A stretch of DNA of 64,000 bases from Bdellovibrionales bacterium (GCA_965261545.1 CBDHDF010000002.1:64001-128000), one strand, 5' to 3'; shown: positions 40,438-51,972, numbered from the stretch's first letter. Program-made: numbers and translations. Notes: a model not told the origin generated them from the sequence alone.

Positions 40438-42048
40438 ATGTTCCTACGTATATATCTGTTTCTTGTGATTGTGATTCTTTCTTTTATGGCTTTTCCTGGC
40501 TGCTTGAAAAAAAGGAGCATTCCAGAGTACGGTCTTTCCAAGAAAGAAACCCTTCGCATTAATATTGTCAGTGAACCTCCCTCCCTCGATTGGCACAAAG
40601 CTACGGATACCACCTCAGCACTTATATCGGGCAACACCATGGAGGGACTTGTGGCCGTGAATGTGAAGGATCCCGATCTCAGTCTTCTTCCTGCTCTCGC
40701 AACTCACTGGAAGCCTTCGAACCAGGCTCAGAAGTGGACTTTCAATCTGCGTCAAAATGTTTTTTGGACCGATGGTGTTTCCCTGGAAGCTCAACACTTC
40801 ATTGATGGGTGGGAGAGACTTCTCAACCCCCTGACGGGAGCCCAGTATGCCTATTTTTTGTTTAGTATTAAAAACGCCCAACTCTACAACCAGGGGAAGA
40901 TCAAAGATTTTTCAAAGGTGGGAGCCAGGATCAATGAAAAGGGGCAAATTGAAGTGGAACTTGTGGGTTCTCAAAGCTTTTTTCCCTATATGCTCAATCA
41001 TCAATCCACCTATCCCTTCCGAAAGGATATTTTAGAAAGATATGGGGATCGTTGGACAGAGGCCCGCCATATGGTGACCCTCGGCCCCTACCAACTGAAA
41101 ATATGGGAGCACGACAAGGCCATTGTACTCACTCGAAACCCCAGCTACTACGGGGCTCCTGCTAAGATTAAAAATATTTTAGCTTATATGATTGGAAATC
41201 TCTCTACGGGGATCACATTGGTGAAATCAGGGCAGTTGGATTTTCAGGGAAGTTTGCCCTCAGTGTTGTTAAGCGAGCTTTCTAAGAGGGATGATTTTTA
41301 TCGCATTCCCCAACTAGGGATTTACTATTACGGAATGAATGTCAAAAAGCCTCCCATGGATGATGTTCATATCCGAAAGGCTGTGGCCCATGCCATTGAT
41401 CGGCGAGAGATCATTGGCTTGATCAATGGAGGCCAGGTTCCCACTTCAAGCTTTGTTCCCAAGGGGATGTTTGGCTATGAGCCTAGTATAGGACTCAAGT
41501 TTGATGTGGCCAAGGCCAAGAAATACCTTCGTCAGTCTCGTTACTACGAAGGCATGAAGAAAAAGTCCCTTTCCATCACCTTGGCCTTCAATACATCTGA
41601 AGATCACAAGCGTATTGCAGAAAATGTTCAAGCTCAATTAAAAAGAAACTTGGGCCTTAAGGTCGAACTGAGAAACGAAGAGTGGAAGGTTTATATCAGC
41701 CGGCTGCAAGTGGATGCGCCCCATATTTATCGAAGTGGTTGGAGTGTGGATTACCCCGATCCTGACAATTTCTTGAATCTTTGGACCTCTTATTCTGAAA
41801 ACAACAACACGAATTGGGGGGATGAAAAGTATGATAAACTCATTGCCCAAGGGGCCGTGGAAGTTCATCGAGAAGAGCGTCGTCGCATTTACCGTCAAGC
41901 CCAAAAGTACTTGATGGAAGAGGCGGTACCTATTTTACCCATCTATATTTCTTCTGCCAATTATCTTATTTCTTCACGCTTTATCAATCCACCCGTGAAT
42001 GTGATGGGGGAACATCAATTTAAAGATATGGATTTTAAGGCGAAATGA
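40438..42048 (+). CDS. oppA: Oligopeptide ABC transporter substrate-binding lipoprotein
   Basis: Signal peptide with Cys, EPPSLD, WTDG, GPY and GWSVDYPDP; start uncertain. Confidence 0.9.
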   Translation: MFLRIYLFLVIVILSFMAFPGCLKKRSIPEYGLSKKETLRINIVSEPPSLDWHKATDTTSALISGNTMEGLVAVNVKDPDLSLLPALATHWKPSNQAQKWTFNLRQNVFWTDGVSLEAQHFIDGWERLLNPLTGAQYAYFLFSIKNAQLYNQGKIKDFSKVGARINEKGQIEVELVGSQSFFPYMLNHQSTYPFRKDILERYGDRWTEARHMVTLGPYQLKIWEHDKAIVLTRNPSYYGAPAKIKNILAYMIGNLSTGITLVKSGQLDFQGSLPSVLLSELSKRDDFYRIPQLGIYYYGMNVKKPPMDDVHIRKAVAHAIDRREIIGLINGGQVPTSSFVPKGMFGYEPSIGLKFDVAKAKKYLRQSRYYEGMKKKSLSITLAFNTSEDHKRIAENVQAQLKRNLGLKVELRNEEWKVYISRLQVDAPHIYRSGWSVDYPDPDNFLNLWTSYSENNNTNWGDEKYDKLIAQGAVEVHREERRRIYRQAQKYLMEEAVPILPIYISSANYLISSRFINPPVNVMGEHQFKDMDFKAK

Positions 42049-43124
42049 AGATATTGGATAGCCTTTGGAAGTGGGCCACTTTATTGCTCTTATTGTTGAC
42101 CGCTATTATTAGCTTTATGGGCTATTTTGTACCATCACCCTTGATGTGGCTCAACTTGGTCTTTATCGGTGGGGGCTTTATTGGTTTTGTGGTTAAGCAA
42201 CAGATTGTGGGCTATGTCTTAAAGAGACTTACCGAAGCACTTGTTGTTATTTTTGTGATTGCCACATTGACCTTTGGTCTCTTAAGGCTCATGCCAGGGG
42301 GGCCTTTCGATGAAGAAAAAGCTTTGCGACCCGAAATCAAAGCCAATATTGAGGCCAAGTATGGCTTAGATAAATCTCTCTCGGAACAATACTTGAGCTA
42401 CATGCTGGGTTTTTTGAAGGGAAACCTCGGTTATTCCTACAAGTTTGAGGGGCGCCCTGTCAGTGAGATTATAGCACAGGCTCTCCCTAACACCTTTCGT
42501 CTGGGTTTGTTTTCCCTGTTGCTTGCTTTTCTCATTGGAATTCCAGCAGGTGTCATTGCGGCTTCCAAGCATAACACATGGGTGGATTACACCACCATGA
42601 CCACAGCTATCAGTGGGGTTTCTCTTCCTAGTTTTGTTTGGGCCCCCATACTTATTATGATTTTTAGTCTTCAATTGGGTTGGCTCCCCCCCACATCCAT
42701 GTGGGATAGCCCTGCTTACTATATTTTACCCATCATTGTCCTTGGAACTCGCCCTGCCGCAGGGATTGCTCGCCTCACCCGGGCCAGTGTTTTGGATGTG
42801 ATACGCTCGGACTATATTCGAACAGCTCGCTCCAAGGGTTTAAGTCACAACACTGTTTTATTTAAGCATGTTCTTAAAAACTCATTGATTCCTGTGCTGA
42901 CTTATTCTGGCCCCCTCGTGGCAGGTGTTCTCTCAGGGTCTTTTATTGTGGAGTTTATTTTTCAAGTGCCAGGGATGGGGAGGTTTCTCATACAAAGTGT
43001 GACCAATCGAGATTATCCCGTTATCCTTGCCTTGACTCTTCTTTTCTCAACTTTTCTTGTTTTATCTAATCTTATTGTCGATTTGATGTACTCCTACTTT
43101 GATCCAAGGATTCAATTATCATGA
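42045..43124 (+). CDS. oppB: Oligopeptide ABC permease
   Basis: PGGPF, DYIRTARSKGL and NRDYPV. Confidence 0.92.
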   Translation: MKILDSLWKWATLLLLLLTAIISFMGYFVPSPLMWLNLVFIGGGFIGFVVKQQIVGYVLKRLTEALVVIFVIATLTFGLLRLMPGGPFDEEKALRPEIKANIEAKYGLDKSLSEQYLSYMLGFLKGNLGYSYKFEGRPVSEIIAQALPNTFRLGLFSLLLAFLIGIPAGVIAASKHNTWVDYTTMTTAISGVSLPSFVWAPILIMIFSLQLGWLPPTSMWDSPAYYILPIIVLGTRPAAGIARLTRASVLDVIRSDYIRTARSKGLSHNTVLFKHVLKNSLIPVLTYSGPLVAGVLSGSFIVEFIFQVPGMGRFLIQSVTNRDYPVILALTLLFSTFLVLSNLIVDLMYSYFDPRIQLS

Positions 43125-43137
43125 GGATTCAACTATC

Positions 43138-44076
43138 ATGAGGTCTTCAATTGTGGTGCCGTCCTCAAAGTCTTCAGATTTCGTAGTATCTTCATCACCG
43201 AAGAGCCTGTGGACAGAGTCCTATGAAAGACTTAAAAAAAATTATCTCGCCATGGGATCTGCTTATTTTATCTTATTTGTGATTCTCACAGCCATTTTTG
43301 CCCCATGGATTTCTCCCTTTCCCTTTGATGAGCAGCATATGGATGCCATCACACAAAGTCCCAACACAACGTATTGGTTGGGCACAGATAGCTTAGGAAG
43401 AGACCTGTTATCACGAATTATCTATGGGGCTAGAATGTCCATGGCTGTGGCCGTCATCACCGCTATGATTTCTCTCTTTATTGGTGGTCTCTATGGCGCT
43501 ATTTCTGGGTGGATCGGAGGTTGGGTGGATTCTCTGATGATGCGTGTGGTGGACATGTTTTATTCTATTCCCACTCTTGTTTTGATGGTTTTAGTCAAAG
43601 TGGTCTTTGACAGTGTGAACTTATTTGAAGACCCTGAGTTGAAGGCCCTCACAAGTATACTTCTTGCCCTCAGTGCAGTGGGTTGGGTTACATTGGCCCG
43701 CATTGTTCGCGGTCAAGTGCTTCAAGTCAAAGAGATGCCTTATGTCGATGCGGCAAGGTCCATGGGGGCTTCATCCATGAGCATTATGTTTCGCCATGTT
43801 TGCCCCAATATACTGGGGCCCGTGATTATTCTCCTTACCATGCAGATTCCTGGAAATATTTTATTTGAAAGTTTTTTGAGCTTTATTGGTCTCGGCCTCC
43901 AGCCTCCATTTAGCAGCTGGGGAGTGCTTGCCAGTGAGGGCTGGCTCTACCTTTCCACCTACCCCCACCTCACCATAGCTCCAGGAGTTTATATGTTTAT
44001 TACCATGTTGGCCTTTAACTTCCTAGGGGATGGTCTTCGAGACGCTTTTGATCCCCAAATGCGTGGGAGAATGTAA
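43138..44076 (+). CDS. oppC: Oligopeptide ABC permease
   Basis: LGTDSLGRD, YVDAARSMG and GDGLRDAFDP; start uncertain. Confidence 0.92.
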   Translation: MRSSIVVPSSKSSDFVVSSSPKSLWTESYERLKKNYLAMGSAYFILFVILTAIFAPWISPFPFDEQHMDAITQSPNTTYWLGTDSLGRDLLSRIIYGARMSMAVAVITAMISLFIGGLYGAISGWIGGWVDSLMMRVVDMFYSIPTLVLMVLVKVVFDSVNLFEDPELKALTSILLALSAVGWVTLARIVRGQVLQVKEMPYVDAARSMGASSMSIMFRHVCPNILGPVIILLTMQIPGNILFESFLSFIGLGLQPPFSSWGVLASEGWLYLSTYPHLTIAPGVYMFITMLAFNFLGDGLRDAFDPQMRGRM

Positions 44077-44108
44077 AGCCCTAAAGCCTTCTGTCTTCAT
44101 TTGCATCT

Positions 44109-44627
44109 TTATTTGCCTTCATCTACCTTCATTTGTAAGAGAGTACGATAGGCCAGTGCATAATGATTTATTTTTTTCATTATTGAATAGACACCGTTGG
44201 TGCGGCTTGGGGATAGGTGATTATTTAAATCTAGTTGAGGGATAAACTCCGGGGGATTTTCTAGAATTTCATCACAGGTAGACGGTGAATAGACTTTTAA
44301 AATTAAGCTAACTAAGCCTTTAACAATAAGAGCATCACTGTCAGCCATAAATTCCAGTTGTTTTTTATCGTTGAGTTGAGCGGCGATCCAGACTTGGGAT
44401 TGACAACCCTGGACCTTATTGTTTTCATTTTTTAGATCGTCTTCCATAGGGGAGAGGGTCTTCCCCAAGTCTATAATGTATCTATAGCGAGCCTCCCAGT
44501 TGGAGTACTTTGAAAAATCGTGGAGGATAGCTTCTTGTCTTTGTCTTATATTTGGAGATTTTAAAGACCTTAGAGATTTAAGAGTCTTGGGGTTAGGAGG
44601 GGGTGACGAAGGAGGTGTGTGTTTCAC
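44109..44627 (-). CDS. sufE: SufE-family sulfur acceptor
   Basis: VQGCQSQVW, DSDALIVKGL and HLSPSRTNG. Confidence 0.92.
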   Translation of the reverse strand: MKHTPPSSPPPNPKTLKSLRSLKSPNIRQRQEAILHDFSKYSNWEARYRYIIDLGKTLSPMEDDLKNENNKVQGCQSQVWIAAQLNDKKQLEFMADSDALIVKGLVSLILKVYSPSTCDEILENPPEFIPQLDLNNHLSPSRTNGVYSIMKKINHYALAYRTLLQMKVDEGK

Positions 44628-44636
44628 AGAAGCGGT

Positions 44637-46058
44637 CTATATGTATTGCTTAACGTCAATGTTATATTTCTTAATTTTACGCAGAAGAGTATTTTTAGGT
44701 ATATTGGCTTGAGCCACTGTTTTGTTAATTTTTCCTTGGTTGGCTTTCAGAGCATTCACAATAAATTCCTTTTCTGCTTCCTCTTTGAAGGTATCAAAGT
44801 TCAAGGGTCCTGTGTAGTTGTTGGGTAGGTCAATATGCACTTGTTGCATGGATGGGTTGCGAATATTTTGAGGGAGGCTTTCAATTGTGATTTCGTTGGA
44901 GTCTTCCATGATGATGGCTCGCTCAACGACAGCCTCAAGCTCACGGATGTTGCCAGGCCAGCTATAGGATTTAAGTGCTTGGAGGGCCTTTGGGTGAATC
45001 CTTTTTATTTTACCTTCGAGGTCACTTTTTTGTAACATATGGAAAATGAGTGACTTAAGGTCACCGATCCTTTCTTTCAAAGGTGGGAGAAAAATGGGCA
45101 TAATATTTAAGCGATAAAGCAAGTCATGTCGGAAAGTCTTTTCTTCAACCATTCGTTCAAGGTTACGATGGGTGGCGGTAATGATCCGAGAACTGGATTT
45201 AATTTCTCGGTGGCCACCTATGGGGATAAATTTTCTTTGGCTCAGGACATAGAGCAGCCTCGCTTGGAGGTGGAGGGAAAGCCCACCAATTTCATCAAGA
45301 AACAAAATGCCCTTATTTGCCTGTTGAAGGAGACCGATTTTGCGTTCCGTGGCTTTGGTGAAGGCCCTGGCCTCGTGGCCGAAGAGTTCACTTTCTAAGT
45401 CTTGAGGGGGGGTGGTGGCACAGTTGAGAGTTATAAATTTGTCATTTTTCCGTTTTGAGTTTTGATAAATAGAGCGTGCAACAAGTTCTTTGCCTGTTCC
45501 CCGTTCTCCACGAATGAGCACTGTTGTATCCACTTGGCTAAGTTTATTTATCAAATGAAAAACATGACTCATTTTCTTAGAGGAACTGATGAGTTGGCTT
45601 TCGAGGTCATCATCAAAAATAGGTCCTGAGATGGCTAGGTGAATCATCATGGACTTGGCGCGGAGGGCTGCCTTGGTGATTGTGGCAATTCTTTCAAAGT
45701 CTACAGGTTTTTCTATATAGTCATAGGAGCCAAGTTTTGTGGACTCTACAGCATCTCTAAAGTTACCATGGGCTGTGATAATCACAATAAAAGTTTCTGG
45801 ACAGGTTTCTTTCATGATATCAAGGGCACTAATTCCAGAGAGGTAGGGCATTTTCACGTCCATGAAGACAAGATCAAATATACTTTTTTTGAAGATTTTC
45901 AAAGCTTCTTTGCCATTTTTAGCTTCCGCTAAAAAAAGGTTATGATCTTTGAAATGGGATTCAAAAAATGCGTAGAAAGATTGGCGAAACTCGATATCAT
46001 CGTCTACAATAAGGATTCTCAATGGTTTTTGAAGCCTATGTTCCATCGCCCACCTCAA
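44637..46058 (-). CDS. NtrC-family response regulator (REC, AAA+, Fis HTH)
   Basis: IVDDD, MDVKMP, GERGTGKE, LFLDEIG and WPGNIREL; GAFTGA loop altered. Confidence 0.9.
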   Translation of the reverse strand: MRWAMEHRLQKPLRILIVDDDIEFRQSFYAFFESHFKDHNLFLAEAKNGKEALKIFKKSIFDLVFMDVKMPYLSGISALDIMKETCPETFIVIITAHGNFRDAVESTKLGSYDYIEKPVDFERIATITKAALRAKSMMIHLAISGPIFDDDLESQLISSSKKMSHVFHLINKLSQVDTTVLIRGERGTGKELVARSIYQNSKRKNDKFITLNCATTPPQDLESELFGHEARAFTKATERKIGLLQQANKGILFLDEIGGLSLHLQARLLYVLSQRKFIPIGGHREIKSSSRIITATHRNLERMVEEKTFRHDLLYRLNIMPIFLPPLKERIGDLKSLIFHMLQKSDLEGKIKRIHPKALQALKSYSWPGNIRELEAVVERAIIMEDSNEITIESLPQNIRNPSMQQVHIDLPNNYTGPLNFDTFKEEAEKEFIVNALKANQGKINKTVAQANIPKNTLLRKIKKYNIDVKQYI

Positions 46059-46716
46059 ACATGGTTTTGATATGGGAATCTATGGCGAGAGGGGCTCCCG
46101 TGGCTTTGACAATATCTTCGGTTTCAAGGTTTGGGGCAATTTCTTTTAGGATGAATGTCCTTTTTTCTTTGTCGATATCAATCACAGCCAAATCTGTGAC
46201 AATTCGATGGATGCATTGAACTCCCGTGAGGGGAAGGCTACACTTTTCAAGAAGCTTCGGATTTCCACTGCGATCCATGTGTTGCATGGCTACAACAACT
46301 CTTTGGGCTCCGGCGACCAGATCCATGGCTCCCCCCATGCCCTTGACCATTTTGCCTGGGATGGTCCAGTTGGCAATATTTCCAGAAGAATCCACTTGCA
46401 TGGCCCCAAGGACGGTGAGGTCCACATGCCCTCCTCGAATCATGGCAAAACTATCGGCTGAAGAGAAAAAGCTCGCTCCAGGAACTGTGGTGATTGTTTG
46501 TTTACCTGCGTTGATGAGGTCGGCATCCACATCTTTTTCTTGTGGAAAGGGTCCCATCCCAAGGAGGCCGTTTTCGCTGTGTAACATAACATTTATTTCT
46601 AAAGGAATAAAATTGGCCACAAGAGTGGGCATGCCAATCCCCAAATTGACGACAAAGCCATCTCGAATTTCAAGGGCAATTCTTTTGGCAATTTGATTTC
46701 GATTTAAGCCCTTCAT
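46036..46716 (-). CDS. scoB: 3-oxoacid CoA-transferase subunit B
   Basis: [13 protein letters not shown] and GMGGAMDL. Confidence 0.92.
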   Translation of the reverse strand: MKGLNRNQIAKRIALEIRDGFVVNLGIGMPTLVANFIPLEINVMLHSENGLLGMGPFPQEKDVDADLINAGKQTITTVPGASFFSSADSFAMIRGGHVDLTVLGAMQVDSSGNIANWTIPGKMVKGMGGAMDLVAGAQRVVVAMQHMDRSGNPKLLEKCSLPLTGVQCIHRIVTDLAVIDIDKEKRTFILKEIAPNLETEDIVKATGAPLAIDSHIKTMFEVGDGT

Positions 46717-47453
46717 GATTTCTCTTCCACAGTGGGGCTCTGCTCTTTCCCAGGAGGATGTTTTGTTTCCACAGTGCGATGTTCAATTCTTTTTTCGTAG
46801 TTGTATCCTTGAAAGATTCTTTGAACAAAAATTCCTGGGCTATGGACATGGTCGGGGTCTAGCTCTCCCAAGGCGACAAGTTTTTCGACTTCAGCAATGG
46901 TGATTTTTCCCGCTGTAGCGACCACTGGGTTGAAATTTCGTGCCGTTTTTCTGAAGACAAGGTTGCCCAAGGGGTCTCCTTTCCAGGCTTTGACCAAGGC
47001 AAAATCTCCTGTGAGGCTTTTTTCCATAATGTAGCTGCGTTGACCAAATTGGCGAACTTCTTTGCCCTTGGCCACTTCTGTCCCCACCCCTGTGGGTGTA
47101 AAAAAAGCGGGGATACCTGCTCCACCAGCTCTTAGGCGTTCCACGAGGGTGCCTTGGGGGCTCAACTCAACTTCCAGTTCACCTGAGAGAAACTGCCTCT
47201 CAAACAAGGTATTTTCACCTACATAACTGGAAATCATTTTTTTAATTTGTCGGTGTTGAAGCAAAAGGCCGAGGCCAAAATCTTCCACCCCTGCGTTGTT
47301 GGATACACAGGTAAGACCCTTTACGCCACGCTTTTGAAGTGCGGCAATACTGTTTTCGGGGATGCCACAAAGGCCAAAGCCTCCCAGTAAAATGGTCATA
47401 TGATCCTTAATATCGTAAAGTGCTTCCATGGCATTGGGGTAAACCTTATTCAT
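46713..47453 (-). CDS. scoA: 3-oxoacid CoA-transferase subunit A
   Basis: [17 protein letters not shown] and PQGTL; start at MNKVY. Confidence 0.92.
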   Translation of the reverse strand: MNKVYPNAMEALYDIKDHMTILLGGFGLCGIPENSIAALQKRGVKGLTCVSNNAGVEDFGLGLLLQHRQIKKMISSYVGENTLFERQFLSGELEVELSPQGTLVERLRAGGAGIPAFFTPTGVGTEVAKGKEVRQFGQRSYIMEKSLTGDFALVKAWKGDPLGNLVFRKTARNFNPVVATAGKITIAEVEKLVALGELDPDHVHSPGIFVQRIFQGYNYEKRIEHRTVETKHPPGKEQSPTVEEKS

Positions 47454-47470
47454 ATTTGCACCAGTCCTTC

Positions 47471-48679
47471 TTAAACTCTTTCGATGGTCATGGCCACAGC
47501 TTCTCCTCCGCCAATACAAAGTGAAGCCAAGCCTTTGTGTTTGTCCCTGTGGTTAAGGGCGTAGAGGAGTGTGGTGAGAATCCGCGCTCCGCTGGCCCCA
47601 ATAGGGTGACCTAGGGCCACCGCTCCACCGTGAATATTCACCTTTTCGTGGGGAATAGAAAGCTCTTCCATGGCGGCCATGGTGACATTGGCAAAGGCTT
47701 CGTTGATCTCAAATAAATCGATATGACTAGGGCTGAGTGAGGAAACATTGGACCCGTCGCCCCATAACCTTGGATTTTTTAAGACTTTCTTAATGGCTCC
47801 CACAGGGGCTGTGGTAAACCACTTGGGGTCTTGGGCAAAGTGGCTGTAGGCTGTGATCTTTGCCATAGGCTTGAGGCTCAACTCTTCGACTTTTTCTCCA
47901 CTGGCTATCACTAAAGCTGCGGCACCATCATTGATTTTACTGGCGTTGGCGGCGGTGATAGTTCCCTTGGAGTCAAAGGCGGGGCGAAGGGAGGGCAGCT
48001 TGTCAAGTCGAGCCTTCTCTGGTTCTTCATCTTTTTCTATGGTGACCGTGGTTTTGCGGTTTTTGATTTCCACGGGGGTGATTTCATTTTGAAAATACCC
48101 TTGGCTTTGAGCCTTTTGGGCCCGTTTGTAGCTTTCAATGGCAAAGGAGTCTTGTGCTTCACGGGAAAAATTATATTTGCTGGCGCAAAGCTCTGCGGCC
48201 TGTCCCATGTGGAAGTCGTTGTAGGGGTCCCAGAGACCATCTTGGATCATGGAATCCATCACTTGGGTATGTCCCATGCGGTATCCCATGCGCACTTTGG
48301 GCATAAGATGGGGAGATAGAGTCATATTTTCTTGTCCTCCGGCGACAACAACTCCCGCTTGACCGAGCAAAATGGCGTTGGCGGCAAGCATCACAGATTT
48401 GAGGCCAGAGCCACAAACTTTGTTGATGGTCATGCAAGGTATATTCTGGGGAAGCCCGGCTTTGAGAGCGGCCTGTCGTGCGGGGGCCTGTCCCGAACCT
48501 GCGGTGAGGACTTGTCCCATGATGCACTCATCCACATGTTGGGGGTCAAGTTTGGCCTGTTGAAGAGCCGCCTGGATGGCTTGAGCCCCTAGTTCGTGGG
48601 TGGGAGTGTTGGCATAGCAGCCTTGAAAGGAACCAATGGCCGTTCTTTGGGCGCTGACAATAAAGACTTCCGCAACCAT
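47471..48679 (-). CDS. Acetyl-CoA acetyltransferase (thiolase)
   Basis: [19 protein letters not shown] and CIGGG. Confidence 0.95.
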   Translation of the reverse strand: MVAEVFIVSAQRTAIGSFQGCYANTPTHELGAQAIQAALQQAKLDPQHVDECIMGQVLTAGSGQAPARQAALKAGLPQNIPCMTINKVCGSGLKSVMLAANAILLGQAGVVVAGGQENMTLSPHLMPKVRMGYRMGHTQVMDSMIQDGLWDPYNDFHMGQAAELCASKYNFSREAQDSFAIESYKRAQKAQSQGYFQNEITPVEIKNRKTTVTIEKDEEPEKARLDKLPSLRPAFDSKGTITAANASKINDGAAALVIASGEKVEELSLKPMAKITAYSHFAQDPKWFTTAPVGAIKKVLKNPRLWGDGSNVSSLSPSHIDLFEINEAFANVTMAAMEELSIPHEKVNIHGGAVALGHPIGASGARILTTLLYALNHRDKHKGLASLCIGGGEAVAMTIERV

Positions 48680-48962
48680 ATTCTCTCCTTATCTACTCCT
48701 TAATCTTCATTTACCTTCTCATCTACTATATTTGCTACTTTGGTTTGTCCGTATTTTTTCTCTAAATTCTTTATTCTTCATTTTTTTATTTCTTCATTGC
48801 GCATCTACTTTTATCATAGTTTGTGGTCTGCATAGTCGTCATAGTTGTCTATGGTGTCAAGACAAGGTGCAACCTTTTTGGTCATGAACCTTGATTCTTT
48901 GACTCAAAGGCTCTTCTATGTCATTTATGCCCAAACGGAGTTTATAAAAGGAGAATTTGAAG

Positions 48963-49982
48963 ATGAGTGGGTTGAAATTGGGGATAAATGGCTTTGGGCG
49001 GATTGGTCGCATGGTCTTTCGAGCGGCCTCTCAGAGGGGTTTTGAGAACTTTCAAGTGGTGGGTATCAATCATTTGGGGTCGCCCCAAGAGGTGGCTCAT
49101 TTGCTGAAATATGATAGCACCCACGGTGTTTTTCCTGGCCAGGTGGGCTTTTCAGAGAAGAATCTTATTGTCGATGGCGTTCATATCCCCTTAAGTCACT
49201 CCAGAGAACCACGGGAGATTCCATGGAGAGATTGGAGTGTGGATATTGTTTTGGAGTGCACGGGGGCCTTTAAAACCAAGGAAAGTTTTATGCAGCACTG
49301 TGAGGCTGGAGCCAAGAGAGTTCTCGTTTCAGCTCCGGCACCGGGAGTGGAATTAACCCTCGTTTATGGTATCAATCACGAAGATTACTCTTCAGAAAAA
49401 CATCGCTTAGTGAGCAATGCTTCTTGCACCACCAACTGTTTGGCCCCCCTCGCTTTTGTGCTTCACAAAAACTTTGGAATATCCAAGTCACTTATGACCA
49501 CCATTCACTCGTACACCAACGATCAAAGGATTTTGGATTCATCCCACAAGGATTTGCGACGGGCTCGTGCGGCGGCCATGTCCATGATTCCCACAACCAC
49601 AGGGGCGGCTTGCTCTGTGGGTCAAGTGCTTCCTGAACTCCATGGCAAAATTGATGGAGTGGCAATTCGTGTGCCGACACCCAATGTGAGCCTTGTGGAT
49701 TTTGTTTTTGAATCTTCTTCGGTACTTTCTGTGGAGACTATCAATGGCAAACTATTGGAGGCATCCACCCAGGGAAAACTCAAGGGAATTCTTCGCTGTG
49801 AGGAGGCTCCTTTGGTGAGCCAGGACTTTGTGGGAGACCCCTGTAGCTCCATTGTGGATACTCTAAGTACTATGGTTATGGGAGAACATATGGGGAAGGT
49901 TTTGGCTTGGTATGACAACGAAGTGGGCTTTTCCCATCGAATGGTGGATATGGCACTTTATATGTATGAAAGGGGAGTGTGA
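48963..49982 (+). CDS. gap: Glyceraldehyde-3-phosphate dehydrogenase
   Basis: GINGFGRIGR, ASCTTNCL and WYDNE. Confidence 0.97.
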   Translation: MSGLKLGINGFGRIGRMVFRAASQRGFENFQVVGINHLGSPQEVAHLLKYDSTHGVFPGQVGFSEKNLIVDGVHIPLSHSREPREIPWRDWSVDIVLECTGAFKTKESFMQHCEAGAKRVLVSAPAPGVELTLVYGINHEDYSSEKHRLVSNASCTTNCLAPLAFVLHKNFGISKSLMTTIHSYTNDQRILDSSHKDLRRARAAAMSMIPTTTGAACSVGQVLPELHGKIDGVAIRVPTPNVSLVDFVFESSSVLSVETINGKLLEASTQGKLKGILRCEEAPLVSQDFVGDPCSSIVDTLSTMVMGEHMGKVLAWYDNEVGFSHRMVDMALYMYERGV

Positions 49983-50172
49983 ATTTCTAATTTTATTCCC
50001 TATATGAATCATATACGTTCTTTTAGTTCTAAAATATTAATCTTTTAAATTCGTTCATCCGAATTATTTAGTACTGCTTCTTGTAACTGCGATAAAATTA
50101 AGAGGAGGAGTGAGAGCATTGGCTAGGAATTAAGATATTGTGGATGATTAAAATAAAATATTGGAAAGAGAA

Positions 50173-51954
50173 ATGGGGAAATTAGAACATATAAAATATA
50201 ATAGAAATTATCTTATAGATCTAATATATCATATTTTATTCATATTATTTTTGGCGACTCTTTTAGGTTGTAATAAAGATTCCAATAAAGAAAATAAAAG
50301 TATTAACCTCAGTTTTGATTTGTTGTCAACTATCATTTCTTCAAGTAATGCGCGCTCTTATCCTGTTAGAGGATTTTGTAGCTTATCTATTGGAAAAAAT
50401 GTATTTGTACTTATTGAGGAACTAAATAAATCTCCCATAGAGGTGTCTTGTGTATCCAATAATTTTTCATTAAATATCGATGTAACAAACTTAAGATCAC
50501 CCAATGCTACAATTAAAATCACTCAAGGAGATTATGTACAAAGTATCATTGTTCAGAATAATATGAATCATTTTGTAACAAAATGGACATTTCCGGATGA
50601 TAACTATGAATTTACTATTCCTCTTAAAGGAGGTGGTAATCCAGTATTGCAATATGATTTTGTTGTGGATTGGGGAGATGAGAGTGGATCTAGTAAGGTG
50701 ACATCTTTTGATGATCCGGATAAGATGCATAATTATGTAAAAAAAGGAGAATATACGATCACAATTATAGGTATTTGTGAGGGGTTTGAGAATAGATTAG
50801 CCCCATTGAATGATCTTTTATTGGAGGTCTTAGACCTTGGAGATATGGGGTGGAAGGATTTATCTCAAGCTTTTGAAGATAATTCTCTTCTCACAAAAGT
50901 TCTTGGAGGGAATACATCAGGTGTGATTGATATGAGTCGTATGTTTGTAGATGCCACTCAAGTAACTCCAGATACAAGTGGGTGGGATACTTCAAGTGTG
51001 ACAAATATGGCAAGGATGTTTAGAGATGCCACTCAAGCGACCCCAGATACAAGTGGGTGGGATACTCCAAATGTGACAAGTATGGTAGATATGTTTAGAG
51101 ATGCTACTCAAGCGACTCCAGATACAAGTGGGTGGGATACTTCAAATGTGACAAGTATGGCAGGTATGTTTGCATATGCCACTCAAGCGACTCCAGATAC
51201 AAGTGGGTGGGATACTTCAAATGTGACAAGTATGGCAGGTATGTTTGAAGCTGCCACTCAAGCGACTCCAGATACAAGTGGGTGGGATACTTCAAATGTG
51301 ACAAGTATGGCAGGTATGTTTGCATATGCCACTCGAACGACTCCAGATACAAGTGGGTGGGATACTTCTGAAGTCACGCGTATGAATGGTATGTTTGACA
51401 ACGCTCGGCAAGCAAATCCAAATACAAGTAAGTGGAATACTTCTAAGGTCACAAGTATGTCAGGTATGTTTTTAGATGCCCTTCAAGCGACTCCAGATAC
51501 AAGCGAATGGGATACTTCAAATGTTACAAATATGGCAAGGATGTTTAGAGGCTCCTCAGCAAATCCAGATACAAGTAAGTGGAATACTTCTAAGGTCACA
51601 AGTATGTCAGGTATGTTTTTAGATGCCCTTCAAGCGACTCCAGATACAAGCGGATGGGATACTTCAAATGTTACAAATATGGCAAGGATGTTTAGAGGCT
51701 CCTCAGCAAATCCAGATACAAGTCGTTGGGATTTTACCGAAGTTACAAATATCAGTGATATATTTGGTATGTCAAATCTATCCATCGAGAATTATTCAAA
51801 ATTTCTAATACAACTCAATGAAACTCCACCTACGAGTACAAGCATTCAGAAGATTATTAATGTGGGGACATTAAAATATAATTCTATGTCTAAATTAATC
51901 CGCACAAGTTTAAGAAATAAAGATTGGATGATCACAGATGGGGGTCTGGAATAA
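50173..51954 (+). CDS. BspA/DUF285-repeat surface lipoprotein with a PKD-like domain
   Basis: Lipobox LLGC, VDWGD..H.Y motif and WDTSNVTSMAGMF repeats; start uncertain. Confidence 0.88.
   Translation: MGKLEHIKYNRNYLIDLIYHILFILFLATLLGCNKDSNKENKSINLSFDLLSTIISSSNARSYPVRGFCSLSIGKNVFVLIEELNKSPIEVSCVSNNFSLNIDVTNLRSPNATIKITQGDYVQSIIVQNNMNHFVTKWTFPDDNYEFTIPLKGGGNPVLQYDFVVDWGDESGSSKVTSFDDPDKMHNYVKKGEYTITIIGICEGFENRLAPLNDLLLEVLDLGDMGWKDLSQAFEDNSLLTKVLGGNTSGVIDMSRMFVDATQVTPDTSGWDTSSVTNMARMFRDATQATPDTSGWDTPNVTSMVDMFRDATQATPDTSGWDTSNVTSMAGMFAYATQATPDTSGWDTSNVTSMAGMFEAATQATPDTSGWDTSNVTSMAGMFAYATRTTPDTSGWDTSEVTRMNGMFDNARQANPNTSKWNTSKVTSMSGMFLDALQATPDTSEWDTSNVTNMARMFRGSSANPDTSKWNTSKVTSMSGMFLDALQATPDTSGWDTSNVTNMARMFRGSSANPDTSRWDFTEVTNISDIFGMSNLSIENYSKFLIQLNETPPTSTSIQKIINVGTLKYNSMSKLIRTSLRNKDWMITDGGLE
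50910..51770 (+). repeat. Coding tandem array of 66-69-bp units (about 12)
   Basis: CCAGATACAAGTGGGTGGGATACTTCAAATGTGACAAGTATG recurs with near identity. Confidence 0.9.
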
Positions 51955-51972
51955 GATTTAAATTTATGTTTT

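Noticed and set aside
50910..51770. Regular repeats that could look like a CRISPR array
   Set aside because: Units are in-frame coding DUF285 repeats without unique spacers, and there are no cas genes.
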